Shown here: in pieces, positions 8,869-18,714 of the stretch
Layout of the letters: each line of letters begins with the position of its first letter
Position numbering within the stretch: position 1 is the stretch's first letter
DNA from: an uncultured Bacilli bacterium
Lineage (GTDB): Bacteria; Bacillota_I; Bacilli_A; RF39; UBA660
Length of the DNA: 50,390 bases
Direction of reading: 5' to 3'
Assembly (NCBI GenBank): GCA_947853245.1
Contig: CANTWP010000044.1
Location: forward strand, 1 to 50,390
Made by a program: the position numbers and the translations under genes
The notes under the pieces: generated by a model
Databases searched by the model: none
Told to the model about the DNA's origin: nothing
The model's input: the letters and a program-made list of their open reading frames with translations, nothing else

Positions 8869-9756
8869 TTAACCTCCTGAATGTGGATGAGCACTATTAT
8901 AGTTATCCTCAATATGTTGATTAGATATATGAGTATATATTTGGGTTGTAGAAATATTAGAGTGACCTAACATCTCTTGAATGCTTCTTAAATCAGCACC
9001 GTGTTCTAGTAAATGCGTAGCAAATGAATGCCTTAACGTATGAGGTGACATCTTTCTTTTTATTTCTTTTTTTTTAGCAAGCCCTTTAACAATTTTAAAG
9101 AATCCTTGTCTTGTAAGAGGATTACCATGATTATTAATAAATATATAATCATGATTTTTATCTTTCATCATGGTGTTACGATATTCAAAAACGTACTTTT
9201 TTAAATAATGACAAGCATAATCTCCCAGGGGAATGATTCTTTCTTTAGAACCTTTACCAATAGTTCTAACTAAACATGACATGATATCAATATCATTTAA
9301 TTTTAAATTAACTAATTCACTAACACGAAGTCCAGTTGCGTACATTAACTCCAGCATGGCTTTATTACGATAACTAAATCCATCTATTAAGTCTATATCT
9401 AATAACTTATCAACTTCTTCTATCGTAAGTACTTTGGGTAAAGCTTTTTTTAATTTTGGAAGTTCTAAAACTACCGCCACATCTTTTTCAATATATTTAT
9501 TTATTAATAAAAATTTATAAAAAGTTCTAATCACTGAAATATTATGAGATATACTTCTACTAGATAAATTTTGTTTTTTTAAATAAGATAAATAGTATTC
9601 TAAATCTAAAGATGAAATATCTGTAATGTTTTTATCTTTAAAATAATCCGCAAATTTATCATACTCAGTTAAATAAGAATCAATTGTATTTTTACTATAT
9701 TTTTTATCAACAAAGAGAAATGATTTAAACTCTTCTTTTAAATTAGAATTATTCAT
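8869..9756 (-). CDS. xerD: Tyrosine site-specific recombinase XerD/XerC family
   Basis: Motifs ATGLRVSEL and HTLRHSFATHLLEHGADLRSIQEMLGHSNISTTQIYTH (the R..HxxR..Y catalytic set). Confidence 0.9.
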   Translation of the reverse strand: MNNSNLKEEFKSFLFVDKKYSKNTIDSYLTEYDKFADYFKDKNITDISSLDLEYYLSYLKKQNLSSRSISHNISVIRTFYKFLLINKYIEKDVAVVLELPKLKKALPKVLTIEEVDKLLDIDLIDGFSYRNKAMLELMYATGLRVSELVNLKLNDIDIMSCLVRTIGKGSKERIIPLGDYACHYLKKYVFEYRNTMMKDKNHDYIFINNHGNPLTRQGFFKIVKGLAKKKEIKRKMSPHTLRHSFATHLLEHGADLRSIQEMLGHSNISTTQIYTHISNQHIEDNYNSAHPHSGG

Positions 9757-9833
9757 ATCATCACCAATGTTATTATATCAAATACAGTTTGTTTTTTCTA
9801 CTATTTTTGATAAAATAGTAAGTGGTGATTGTT

Positions 9834-11051
9834 ATGAGTGAACCTCTTGCTATTAAACTTAGACCTAAATGTATTAAAGAAATTGTTGGACAACAACATT
9901 TAGTTGGAAAAGATAAGATTATCTATAATATGTTAAAAAACAATAAATTATTTTCTATGATTCTATATGGTAAACCAGGTATTGGTAAAACTACTATTGC
10001 GAGTGCTATAGTAAATGAATTAAATCTTAGATATCGTATGTTAAATGCGGTTATTAATAATAAAAACGATTTTGATATAGTAATTGAAGAAGCTAAGATG
10101 TATGGTGGTATGATTGTTATCATGGATGAAATTCATAGATTAAATAAAGATAAACAAGACTTACTTTTACCTTACTTGGAAAGTGGTTTAATTACTTTAA
10201 TTGGCATGACAACTTCTAATCCTTATCATAAAATAAATCCCGCAATTAGAAGTAGATGTCAGATATTTGAACTTCATGAATTAACTGAAGATGATATAGA
10301 AATTGCTTTAAAAAGAGCGTGCAAATCCGAATTTTTAGATGGTATTAAAATTAAACCTAAAGAAATTAAACATATTTCTCATCTATCTAGTGGTGATTTA
10401 AGATTTGCTTATAATTTATTAGAAGTTGCTTATTATTTTAATGCTGAACATAATATTACTGAAGAGGTATTAAAAAGTATTAATAGTAAACCGGTTTTCT
10501 TTCATGATAAAAATGAAGATGGACATTATGATGTTATTAGTGCATTTCAAAAATCTATTCGTGGTAGTGATGTTAATGCTGCACTACATTATCTAGCTAG
10601 ACTTATTGAAGCTGAAGATTTAGACATTATATACCGTAGAATGAGTGTTATTGCATATGAAGATATTGGTCTTGCAAATCCAAGTATGGGTCCGAAAGTA
10701 GATGCTTGTATTAATGCTTGTGAAAGATTAGGCTTACCAGAAGCTAGAATACCTTTATCAGCAGTAGTGATAGAACTTTGTTTATCGCCTAAGTCTAATA
10801 GTGCTGAAATGGCCATAGATACGGCTTTAAATGATATTAGAAGTGGTAATACAGGTAATGTACCAAGTAACATTAAAACTACTTCTACAGAGTATTTATA
10901 TCCTCATAATTACCCTAATGGTTGGGTTAAACAACAATATTTACCAGATAATATTAAAGATAAAAAATATTATAACCCTAAAACTACTAGTAAATATGAA
11001 CAAAGTTTAAAAGATGTATATGATAAAATTAATTATAATCTAAAAAAATAA
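9834..11051 (+). CDS. rarA: Replication-associated recombination protein A (AAA+ ATPase RarA/MgsA)
   Basis: Walker A GKPGIGKTT, Walker B VIMDEIHR and the C-terminal MgsA domain. The ATG at 9834 is preceded by GGTGAT; the listed GTG at 9822 lies inside that SD. Confidence 0.9.
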   Translation: MSEPLAIKLRPKCIKEIVGQQHLVGKDKIIYNMLKNNKLFSMILYGKPGIGKTTIASAIVNELNLRYRMLNAVINNKNDFDIVIEEAKMYGGMIVIMDEIHRLNKDKQDLLLPYLESGLITLIGMTTSNPYHKINPAIRSRCQIFELHELTEDDIEIALKRACKSEFLDGIKIKPKEIKHISHLSSGDLRFAYNLLEVAYYFNAEHNITEEVLKSINSKPVFFHDKNEDGHYDVISAFQKSIRGSDVNAALHYLARLIEAEDLDIIYRRMSVIAYEDIGLANPSMGPKVDACINACERLGLPEARIPLSAVVIELCLSPKSNSAEMAIDTALNDIRSGNTGNVPSNIKTTSTEYLYPHNYPNGWVKQQYLPDNIKDKKYYNPKTTSKYEQSLKDVYDKINYNLKK

Positions 11052-11078
11052 CTAGATAAAAGTGCTTATCTAGTTTTT
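11050..11078. terminator. Bidirectional terminator between convergent rarA and the M15 peptidase gene
   Basis: Stem aactagataa / ttatctagtt (10 bp), 6-nt loop, flanking A and T runs. Confidence 0.75.
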
Positions 11079-11106
11079 AATTATTAATTTATCTTTATTC
11101 AATTTT

Positions 11107-11991
11107 CTAAACTTTTCCCTTTACATAGTAATAATAGTATTCCTCAAATGTCAAATCATTTTCATATATTGTTTTAGCGGCCTCTATACCTACATAGCGA
11201 TAATGCCATGGTTCATAATTATATCCAGTAATATATTCCATATCTTTGCCATATCTTAAAATAAATCCATATTTATAAGAGTTTTCTTGCATCCAAGTAA
11301 ATTCTTTTGTATTTTTAAAAGTATTTAAAGTAGAAGTTGGTGTAACTACATCTGTTGATAATCCTGTTTGATGTTCAGAAAAACCTGGACGAGCGGAATA
11401 TTTGTCTGCCGCTTTAACACCGTCATCTTTAACATAATTATTATAAAGTCTCGATTGTAGATCATAACTTCTGTAAGGAGAAGTATTAATTATTTTTAAA
11501 CCTTCTTTACTAGCAGCTGTGACCATAGTTAAAAAAGCATCTGCTGCTTCACCACGAAGTTCGCCCCAGTAAGAATAATTAGTATTTACCTTTTTTAAAT
11601 CAAATGGTACATAATCTTCTGGTAAAACATTATATTTATTAACAAGTATTAATATATCATCATCTACATTAGCGGGAACAGCATCTTTAAAATATTCTAA
11701 ATCATTATTTGTATTTACTATTCTAATAATCTGTTCATAAGAATATTTATCATTTTCCATATAATTTAAATATCGATCAATTTTAGACTCGTCATAATAC
11801 TTTAATCCCATCAATTCATTTAAATATTTTATTTCATCATCATTATAGGAGTCATATATGCTTGGCTCTGATGGTTCATTATTAACGTTATTTGACGGTG
11901 GATCTATAGGTTTAGAATTATTATGTTTATATAATATAAATCCTCCCACTAAACAAAGCAAAGTGATACCAATTATAATAATTTTTTTCAT
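11107..11991 (-). CDS. D-alanyl-D-alanine carboxypeptidase, peptidase M15B (VanY-like), membrane-anchored
   Basis: An N-terminal TM segment, motifs SPYRSY...SEHQTGLSTD...EPWHYRYVG (the zinc ligands of M15). Confidence 0.85.
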   Translation of the reverse strand: MKKIIIIGITLLCLVGGFILYKHNNSKPIDPPSNNVNNEPSEPSIYDSYNDDEIKYLNELMGLKYYDESKIDRYLNYMENDKYSYEQIIRIVNTNNDLEYFKDAVPANVDDDILILVNKYNVLPEDYVPFDLKKVNTNYSYWGELRGEAADAFLTMVTAASKEGLKIINTSPYRSYDLQSRLYNNYVKDDGVKAADKYSARPGFSEHQTGLSTDVVTPTSTLNTFKNTKEFTWMQENSYKYGFILRYGKDMEYITGYNYEPWHYRYVGIEAAKTIYENDLTFEEYYYYYVKGKV

Positions 11992-12941
11992 TAAACATTT
12001 CCCTCCATAATAAATAATTCAAGACCTAAAGCAGCATCAATATTACCAACTTTAATATTGTAATCTAAATTAGCTAATGTTTCTAAATAAGATAATAATT
12101 GTTTACTACTATAATTATAATTCTTTTCTAATGCTAATTTAATACGATACGGATGAATTTCTAAAATCTTTGCTATATCATTACCACTATAACCTTTACT
12201 ATAAAGTTCTTTAGCTTGATACATAATACGAAATTGATTAGCAAGTATGATTAAAATTTTAATAGGTTCTTCATTTCTTTTAAGCATTTCATAATATATT
12301 TCCATAGCAGAGTCAATATTATGTTCAACTATTTTATTAATAAGCTCAAAAATATCAATATCAATATTTTTAGAAGTAAGTGCTAAAACATCCTCTTTAG
12401 TTATTTCTAATTCTTTATCTTTATATACTTTTATTTTTTCTATTTCTTGATCTAAAATTCCTAGATCTGTACCTACTCTATCGATAAGTAGATTTAAAGT
12501 ATTATAATCTATTTTAAAATCCTTTAACCATTCTTTAACTATATTATTAGGATTTGTTGCTTTATTAAAAGATTTTATTGTTGCGACACTATGTAATTTC
12601 TTAACTACTTTTTTTCTTTCATCTAATTTTTCATTATCTGTTAAAAATATCATAATACAATCTGAATTTATATGTTCGAAATATTTTAATAAATCTTCTG
12701 CCTTATCCTCTTTATCTTTCTTTACTGTAGAGCCAGTAATTAAGTAACAATTATCTACAATTATAACTTTTTTTTCATCAAATAAAGATATGGTTAAAGC
12801 ATCATCTATAATGTCTTTTAAAGAATCTATTATTAAATCATAATTACTGACATTAAAAGTCGATACTTGATTATCATTTATTATTTTATTTACTTCTTTT
12901 TGCATTAAAAATTTTTCAGTACCATAAAGAACATATATCAT
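11991..12941 (-). CDS. holA: DNA polymerase III delta subunit
   Basis: Size and the N-terminal IYVLYGTE motif. The ATG at 12941 is preceded by AGGTGG. The stop overlaps the downstream ATG. Confidence 0.85.
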   Translation of the reverse strand: MIYVLYGTEKFLMQKEVNKIINDNQVSTFNVSNYDLIIDSLKDIIDDALTISLFDEKKVIIVDNCYLITGSTVKKDKEDKAEDLLKYFEHINSDCIMIFLTDNEKLDERKKVVKKLHSVATIKSFNKATNPNNIVKEWLKDFKIDYNTLNLLIDRVGTDLGILDQEIEKIKVYKDKELEITKEDVLALTSKNIDIDIFELINKIVEHNIDSAMEIYYEMLKRNEEPIKILIILANQFRIMYQAKELYSKGYSGNDIAKILEIHPYRIKLALEKNYNYSSKQLLSYLETLANLDYNIKVGNIDAALGLELFIMEGNV

Positions 12942-12986
12942 AGTTACCACCTAAATTATTATAACATGTACAAAAAAAGAATACAA

Positions 12987-14411
12987 TTAATATTGTATTC
13001 CCCAAACAACTAAATTTGTTGCTTCTTTACCGCAAACAATACATTTATTGTCAATTGGTTTTTCCTGTTCTAAAATACATCTAGATTTAGTACCACGAAT
13101 CTCTTTCATTTTAAGTTCACATTCATCGTTACCGCACCACATAGCTTTTACAAAGCCTGGATGGTTGTTCATGATTTCTTCTACTTCTTCTAATTTATGA
13201 CATTCATAAGTCATACTGTTTCGGCGTTCTAAAGCTTTATTGTAAAGATTCTTTTGAATAGAATTCATAAGTTCTTTTACTGCTAAAACTATATCTTTGT
13301 CAAGAGAAACTTTGATCTTTTTCTTAGTATCGCGACGTGTTAAAGTAATTTCATTATTTTCTAAATCACGTGGTCCAATTTCAATACGAACTGGAATACC
13401 ATTAACTTCCGCTTCTGCAAATTTAAAACCTGGTGTTTTTTCTGAATTATCAATATTAACTAATATACTGGCCTCTTTAAGTTTATTATAAATGGTATTA
13501 GTTACTTCTTTTACTTCATCATCATTACCAATTGGTATAATACAAGCTTGAATTGGTGCAATGTTTGGTGGTAAAACTAATCCATCGTCATCACCATGTA
13601 CCATTATTAAAGCTCCAATCATACGAGAAGATACCCCCCAAGAAGTTTGATAAACATTTTCTAATTTATTTTCTTTATTTAAAAATTCAATTCCATAAGC
13701 TTTAGAAAATCTTTGACCAAAATAATGACTAGTTCCAGATTGTAAGGATACACCATTATACATAAGGGCTTCAATAGTAAGAGTATAATCTGCTCCAGCG
13801 AACTTTTCTCTCTCGGTTTTTCTTCCGGTAATTGGTGGTATTGCTAGGAAATCTTCAAAGAATGTTTTATAAATATTTAACATACCCCTAGTTTCTGCTT
13901 CGGCTTCTTCTTTGGTAGCATGGACGGTGTGTCCTTCTTGCCACCAAAATTCACGACTACGAAGAAATGGTCTAGTTTCTTTCTCCCAACGCATTACACT
14001 ACACCATTGATTATATTTTAATGGCAAATCACGATAAGACTTTACAACACTCGCATAATAATCACTAAATAAAGTTTCGCTAGTTGGACGAATACACATG
14101 CGCTCTTCTAATTCTTTTTGACCCCCAATAGTCACCCAAGCAACTTCTGGAGCAAAGCCATTAATTAAATCGCCCTCTTTTTTCATTAAATTTTCTGGTA
14201 TAAGCATTGGCATTGCCACATTCTTATGTCCAGTTTCTTTAAACATTCTATCTAATTCCAGTTGCATTCGCTCCCAAATAGCGTATCCATTAGGTTCTAA
14301 TATAATACATCCTTTTACATTAGAATAACTTGCTAAATGAGCAGCGTTTACTACATCAGTATACCAAGCAGCAAAATCAATATCTCTACTTGTAATAGCT
14401 TTATTTGCCAT
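12987..14411 (-). CDS. proS: Proline--tRNA ligase (archaeal/eukaryote-like short type)
   Basis: Full-length class II ProRS similarity (FAAWYTDVV..., the C-terminal zinc-binding CxxC pairs, ending WGIQY). Confidence 0.95.
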   Translation of the reverse strand: MANKAITSRDIDFAAWYTDVVNAAHLASYSNVKGCIILEPNGYAIWERMQLELDRMFKETGHKNVAMPMLIPENLMKKEGDLINGFAPEVAWVTIGGQKELEERMCIRPTSETLFSDYYASVVKSYRDLPLKYNQWCSVMRWEKETRPFLRSREFWWQEGHTVHATKEEAEAETRGMLNIYKTFFEDFLAIPPITGRKTEREKFAGADYTLTIEALMYNGVSLQSGTSHYFGQRFSKAYGIEFLNKENKLENVYQTSWGVSSRMIGALIMVHGDDDGLVLPPNIAPIQACIIPIGNDDEVKEVTNTIYNKLKEASILVNIDNSEKTPGFKFAEAEVNGIPVRIEIGPRDLENNEITLTRRDTKKKIKVSLDKDIVLAVKELMNSIQKNLYNKALERRNSMTYECHKLEEVEEIMNNHPGFVKAMWCGNDECELKMKEIRGTKSRCILEQEKPIDNKCIVCGKEATNLVVWGIQY

Positions 14412-14497
14412 ATTATCAACTCCTGTTATTAATTATAACAAAAAAATAAACAAAATGAAATAAAAACCTCATTTATTATACAAAAACTAAGTCCTTG

Positions 14498-14821
14498 TTA
14501 TAGGAATTCATACTCTTTTATAAATATTCTTTCATCACTACAATATTCCATTATAAACGAATTACCTTTTTTACATATAATTATTCCTATAGTTTTATCT
14601 TGATTTATAGTTCTAATATTTTTAATCAATATAGGATTCTTAATAAAATCTTCTACTTTTGATTTTTTTTATTACTTACCAGCTTCTACCAGTAATTTCC
14701 CTACTTCATAATAAGCATTAAGATCATTTTCATTTTTACTATAATCTTTGGCTTTCTTATATATTTCATTATTTATTAATTGATTCTTTATTTTATTATA
14801 ATAATTTTCATTATTACCCAC
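14498..14821 (-). pseudogene. Relic of a DUF1016/YhcG-type PDDEXK nuclease gene; a paralogue of 30789-31673
   Basis: Hand translation gives (V)GNNENYYNKIKNQLINNEIYKKAKDYSKNENDLNAYYEVGKLLVEAGK-TAA-TAA-KKSKVEDFIKNPILIKN...INQDKTIGIIICKKGNSFIMEYCSDERIFIKEYEFL. This aligns to about residues 1-45, 153-166 and 259-294 of the intact 294-aa copy, so there are two large in-frame deletions plus a tandem stop. Confidence 0.75.
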
Positions 14822-14883
14822 ATTATCATCCTCCTATTTTCAATATACAACATATATTTTTAATTTCCTTTAAAACTTGGACA

Positions 14884-14917
14884 AAATAAAAAAGTATTAA
14901 CAAAATCTTGTTAATAC
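14884..14917 (-). terminator. Intrinsic terminator of mutL
   Basis: Stem gtattaaca / tgttaatac (9 bp), followed on the minus strand by a T-rich run. Confidence 0.7.
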
Positions 14918-14928
14918 CAAGCTTATTT

Positions 14929-16740
14929 TTAAACAATATTATCAAAACCACTACGTTTAAATAATTTCTCTAAATCATAATTAGAATAGAAAATAGTAGT
15001 AGGTCTTCCATGAGGACAGTTAAATGGATTATCGCATTTTCTTAAATCATTAATTAAACTTTCCATTTCTTCCATAGTTATATTTTCATTCGCTTTAATA
15101 GCAAGCTTACAACTCATCATAGTAGCGATCTTTTCATTAAATTTTTCTATCGAAAAATGTTTTTCCTCTTGAATAATAATTTCTATTATCTTTCTAGTGG
15201 CTTCCTCTTCATATCCTTTTGGTAACCAGACAGGGTGAGCTTTAATAATAATAGAATTAACTCCAAACTCCTCAATTTCAAAGTTTAAGTTTTTTAATAC
15301 TTCAAAGTTCTCTTTTAAAATAATAAATTCTTGATTAGATAGTTCAATATTAAAAGGAAATAATAAAGAAATAGAATCGTTAGTAGGATGCCCTAATTTA
15401 TATTTATAATATTCATAATTAATTCTTTCTTTAGCGGCATGTTGATCAATTAAATACATACCTTTTTCATTTTGACAAATAATATATGTTCCATGAACAA
15501 GTCCAACGGGATATATTTCTGGCAAAGTCTCTTTTTTGAGTTCAGCTTCTTCTTTAATTACTGGTTTTTCATTATCAGTAATTTCAATATTATTATCAAG
15601 TGACTTAGTTTTTGTTTCAAAATCAGAATTAGTAATTACTGGTTTATAATAAATGTTTGGTTCTTCTACCCTATTTAAATCAAGTGTTATCTCTTCATAC
15701 TTAGGTTTAATAATAGTATCTTCATCTTCATTTTTTACACCAATTTCAGGGATTAAATTCTTCTTACCAATTCTTGCACGAACTACTGTACTTACTAAAT
15801 TTAATAATTCTTCCATATTAGAAAACTTAATATCCATTTTAGTAGGATGAATATTCACATCAATTAAACTTGGATCTACAGTAATATTAATAACCGCAAT
15901 AGGATATCTATTATCCGGTTTATAAGAATGATATGCATCATTAATAGCTTTATTTAAATCTTGATTACGAACTACACGACCATTTACAAGAGTAACTATA
16001 TGATTTCTACTAGATCTTTGAATAAATGGCATACTAATAAAACCATTAATCTCGTAATCATCGTTTTCACCACTTATTTCTAACATGTTTCTACTTACTT
16101 CTGTTCCGTATATAGCATGAATAGTTTTAAGCAGATTGTCACTACCATCAGTTTTTAAAATAACATTATCATTATTTATTAAAGTAAAACGTATTTCGGG
16201 ATGAGATAAGGCTATTTTATTAATATAGTCTGTAATACTAGCAAGTTCAGTATATAAACTTTTCATGTGTTTAAGTCTAGCTGGTGTGTTATAAAATAGA
16301 TCACGTACACACATAATTGTACCTTGTCTAGCATCACCATTAGATACTTCTTCTAAAATACCACCTTTGATATGAACAAATGTTCCTAACTCACCTTGAG
16401 AAGTTTTTAAATTAACATCACTAACACTAGCAATTGAAGCAAGGGCTTCACCTCTAAAACCTAAAGTCATAATACGATATAAGTCTTCTTCTTTTTTTAA
16501 TTTACTAGTAGCATGACGATAGAATGCTAATGTAGCATCTTCTCTGTCCATGCCTTTTCCATTATCAGTAACTTTTATTTCTTTAGTACCAGCCTCTATT
16601 AATTCTATCTTAATATCAGTCGAATTAGCATCAATACTATTTTCTACTAACTCTTTTACAACAGAAGCACATTTTTCAACTACTTCACCTGCCGCTATCT
16701 TATTAGCAAGCAATTCATCCATTATTTTAATAACTGCCAT
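14929..16740 (-). CDS. mutL: DNA mismatch repair endonuclease MutL
   Basis: The GHKL ATPase N-terminus (IAAGEVVE...ELVENSIDA) and the C-terminal endonuclease motif DQHAAKERINYE. The ATG at 16740 is preceded by GGTGA. Confidence 0.95.
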   Translation of the reverse strand: MAVIKIMDELLANKIAAGEVVEKCASVVKELVENSIDANSTDIKIELIEAGTKEIKVTDNGKGMDREDATLAFYRHATSKLKKEEDLYRIMTLGFRGEALASIASVSDVNLKTSQGELGTFVHIKGGILEEVSNGDARQGTIMCVRDLFYNTPARLKHMKSLYTELASITDYINKIALSHPEIRFTLINNDNVILKTDGSDNLLKTIHAIYGTEVSRNMLEISGENDDYEINGFISMPFIQRSSRNHIVTLVNGRVVRNQDLNKAINDAYHSYKPDNRYPIAVINITVDPSLIDVNIHPTKMDIKFSNMEELLNLVSTVVRARIGKKNLIPEIGVKNEDEDTIIKPKYEEITLDLNRVEEPNIYYKPVITNSDFETKTKSLDNNIEITDNEKPVIKEEAELKKETLPEIYPVGLVHGTYIICQNEKGMYLIDQHAAKERINYEYYKYKLGHPTNDSISLLFPFNIELSNQEFIILKENFEVLKNLNFEIEEFGVNSIIIKAHPVWLPKGYEEEATRKIIEIIIQEEKHFSIEKFNEKIATMMSCKLAIKANENITMEEMESLINDLRKCDNPFNCPHGRPTTIFYSNYDLEKLFKRSGFDNIV

Positions 16741-16850
16741 ATAAATCACCTTTTTAATAATTTTATTATATCATATTTTTGATAACTAAAAAAGGAGTTA
16801 TTATTAATAATAATTGATTTGATTATGTAATTATTATATTAATTTTTCTT

Positions 16851-16880
16851 AAAAAAAAGATATAGTCGCTAAACTATATC
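16851..16880 (-). terminator. Intrinsic terminator of uvrC
   Basis: Stem gatatagt / actatatc with a 6-nt loop, followed on the minus strand by T8. Confidence 0.75.
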
Positions 16881-16933
16881 CTTAGATTCTTATTATTAAA
16901 TTTTTATCTCTTTTTCGATTTTTGTAATTCTTT

Positions 16934-18706
16934 TTACTTACTTATTAGAAAATTATCTAAATAATCTTTTAATTTTAGAACCACATTCTTAGGTAGAATA
17001 TTCTCTAATTCCTCATTAGGAGCTTCACTAATCTTAGAAATAGTTTTATATTTCTTTAAAAGTTCATCCCTTCTTTTTTTACCAATTCCCGGAATACTAT
17101 CTAATATGCTTTCTAAAGCTCCTTTACTCCTCAATTTTTTATGATAATTAATCGTAAAATTATGAACTTCATCTTGCATACGTTCTAAGTAATAAAATAA
17201 ATTACTTTTATGATCTATTGGTATTTCCGTTAAATCTTCTGTAATTAAACTTTCTGTATTATGTTTATTATTCTTTTTAAGACCGATTACTGGAATATTA
17301 AGACCCAAACTAGTTATTACATCACTAGCAATTTTTATCTGTCCTATACCACCATCTACAATGATTAAATCTGGTTTTGTTAAATTATCACGTAGTACTC
17401 TAAAATATCTTCGATATATTACTTCTTTCATGGTTCCGTAATCATCATTTTTATCTATAGAAATTTTAAATTTACGGTACTCATTTTTATTAGGTACACC
17501 ATTTACAAATACCACCATACCAGATACATTAAAGGTTCCAAAAAGATTCGAATTATCAAAAATTTCAATACGATCTAATACTTCTAATCCTAATTTTTCT
17601 TTTAACTCATTATTCGCATCGATCGTTTTCTTTTCATCCTTTTTTATTAATTCAAATTCATTTTCTAAAGATATTTTCGCGTTCTCACAAGCCATATCTA
17701 CTACTTTTTTCTTTAAACCTTTAATTGGTTCTTTGACATTAACTTGTAAAACTGCAGATAATACTTCTATATCAACCATATTTGGCACTAATATTTCTTT
17801 AGGAAGCAATACATCTTTATCATAAAAATGTGCTATGTAACGTCCTAATTCTTCTTTAGTATCCTCTATCATTGGAAGAATTTTTGAATGTCTGCCAATT
17901 ATTTTACCACCACGAATAAATAATACTTGTATGCTAAGATATCCTTTATCTTCAAAATATCCAAAAACATCACGATCAATAGTATCTTCAAGCTCAACTT
18001 TTTGTTTAACTAAAGTAATATTAAGATAATCAAGTAATTCTTTTAATTCCTTGGCTTTCTCAAAATGCAAAGCTTCACTTTCTTTCTGCATTTCTTTTGT
18101 TATTTTTCCAATAATACCATCACAATCACCTTTAAGAAACGCTATAATTTCCTCTTCCATTACTTTAATCTGCTCTTTGTCTACTTTATAATTACAATAA
18201 CCAAGACACTGGCCAATGTGATAATAAAGACAAGGTTTCTTATTATAGGTAGTACATTTTCTTAAAGGATAAATACGATTAATTAAATTAACCGTATTAC
18301 GAGCGGCTGTGACATTAGGATAAGGACCATATAATCTAGAATGATTGTTTTTTTTACGATTTAAATTTCTTACAATAGAAAGACGAGGTAGTTCTTCACT
18401 TGTAAGTTCAATATAAGGATAACTTTTGTCGTCTCTAAGTAAAATGTTATATTTAGGATCATATTTTTTGATTAAATTTATTTCTAAAATAAAAGATTCT
18501 GTTTCACTACCAACTACTATATATTCAAAATCAACTATTTCACTAACTAATTTAGCGGTTTTCCCAGTATGTTTACCACGAAAATAAGAACTAACTCTAT
18601 TTTTTAATTTTTTTGCTTTTCCAACATAAATAATTACTCCATCTTTATTTTTCATAAGATAACAGCCTGGCTTATTTGGAACCAGTGCTAGCTTTTCTTT
18701 TATCAT
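16934..18706 (-). CDS. uvrC: Excinuclease ABC subunit C
   Basis: The GIY-YIG N-terminus (GCYLMKNKDGVIIYVGKAKKLKNRV), a UVR domain and the C-terminal (HhH)2 domain. Confidence 0.95.
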   Translation of the reverse strand: MIKEKLALVPNKPGCYLMKNKDGVIIYVGKAKKLKNRVSSYFRGKHTGKTAKLVSEIVDFEYIVVGSETESFILEINLIKKYDPKYNILLRDDKSYPYIELTSEELPRLSIVRNLNRKKNNHSRLYGPYPNVTAARNTVNLINRIYPLRKCTTYNKKPCLYYHIGQCLGYCNYKVDKEQIKVMEEEIIAFLKGDCDGIIGKITKEMQKESEALHFEKAKELKELLDYLNITLVKQKVELEDTIDRDVFGYFEDKGYLSIQVLFIRGGKIIGRHSKILPMIEDTKEELGRYIAHFYDKDVLLPKEILVPNMVDIEVLSAVLQVNVKEPIKGLKKKVVDMACENAKISLENEFELIKKDEKKTIDANNELKEKLGLEVLDRIEIFDNSNLFGTFNVSGMVVFVNGVPNKNEYRKFKISIDKNDDYGTMKEVIYRRYFRVLRDNLTKPDLIIVDGGIGQIKIASDVITSLGLNIPVIGLKKNNKHNTESLITEDLTEIPIDHKSNLFYYLERMQDEVHNFTINYHKKLRSKGALESILDSIPGIGKKRRDELLKKYKTISKISEAPNEELENILPKNVVLKLKDYLDNFLISK

Positions 18707-18714
18707 AAAACCTC

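Noticed and set aside
14412-14497. An expected T-box or other leader upstream of proS.
   Set aside because: Only about 86 nt separate the proS start from the DUF1016 relic. No AGAGA, GGTGNRA or T-box core motifs and no terminator hairpin are present.
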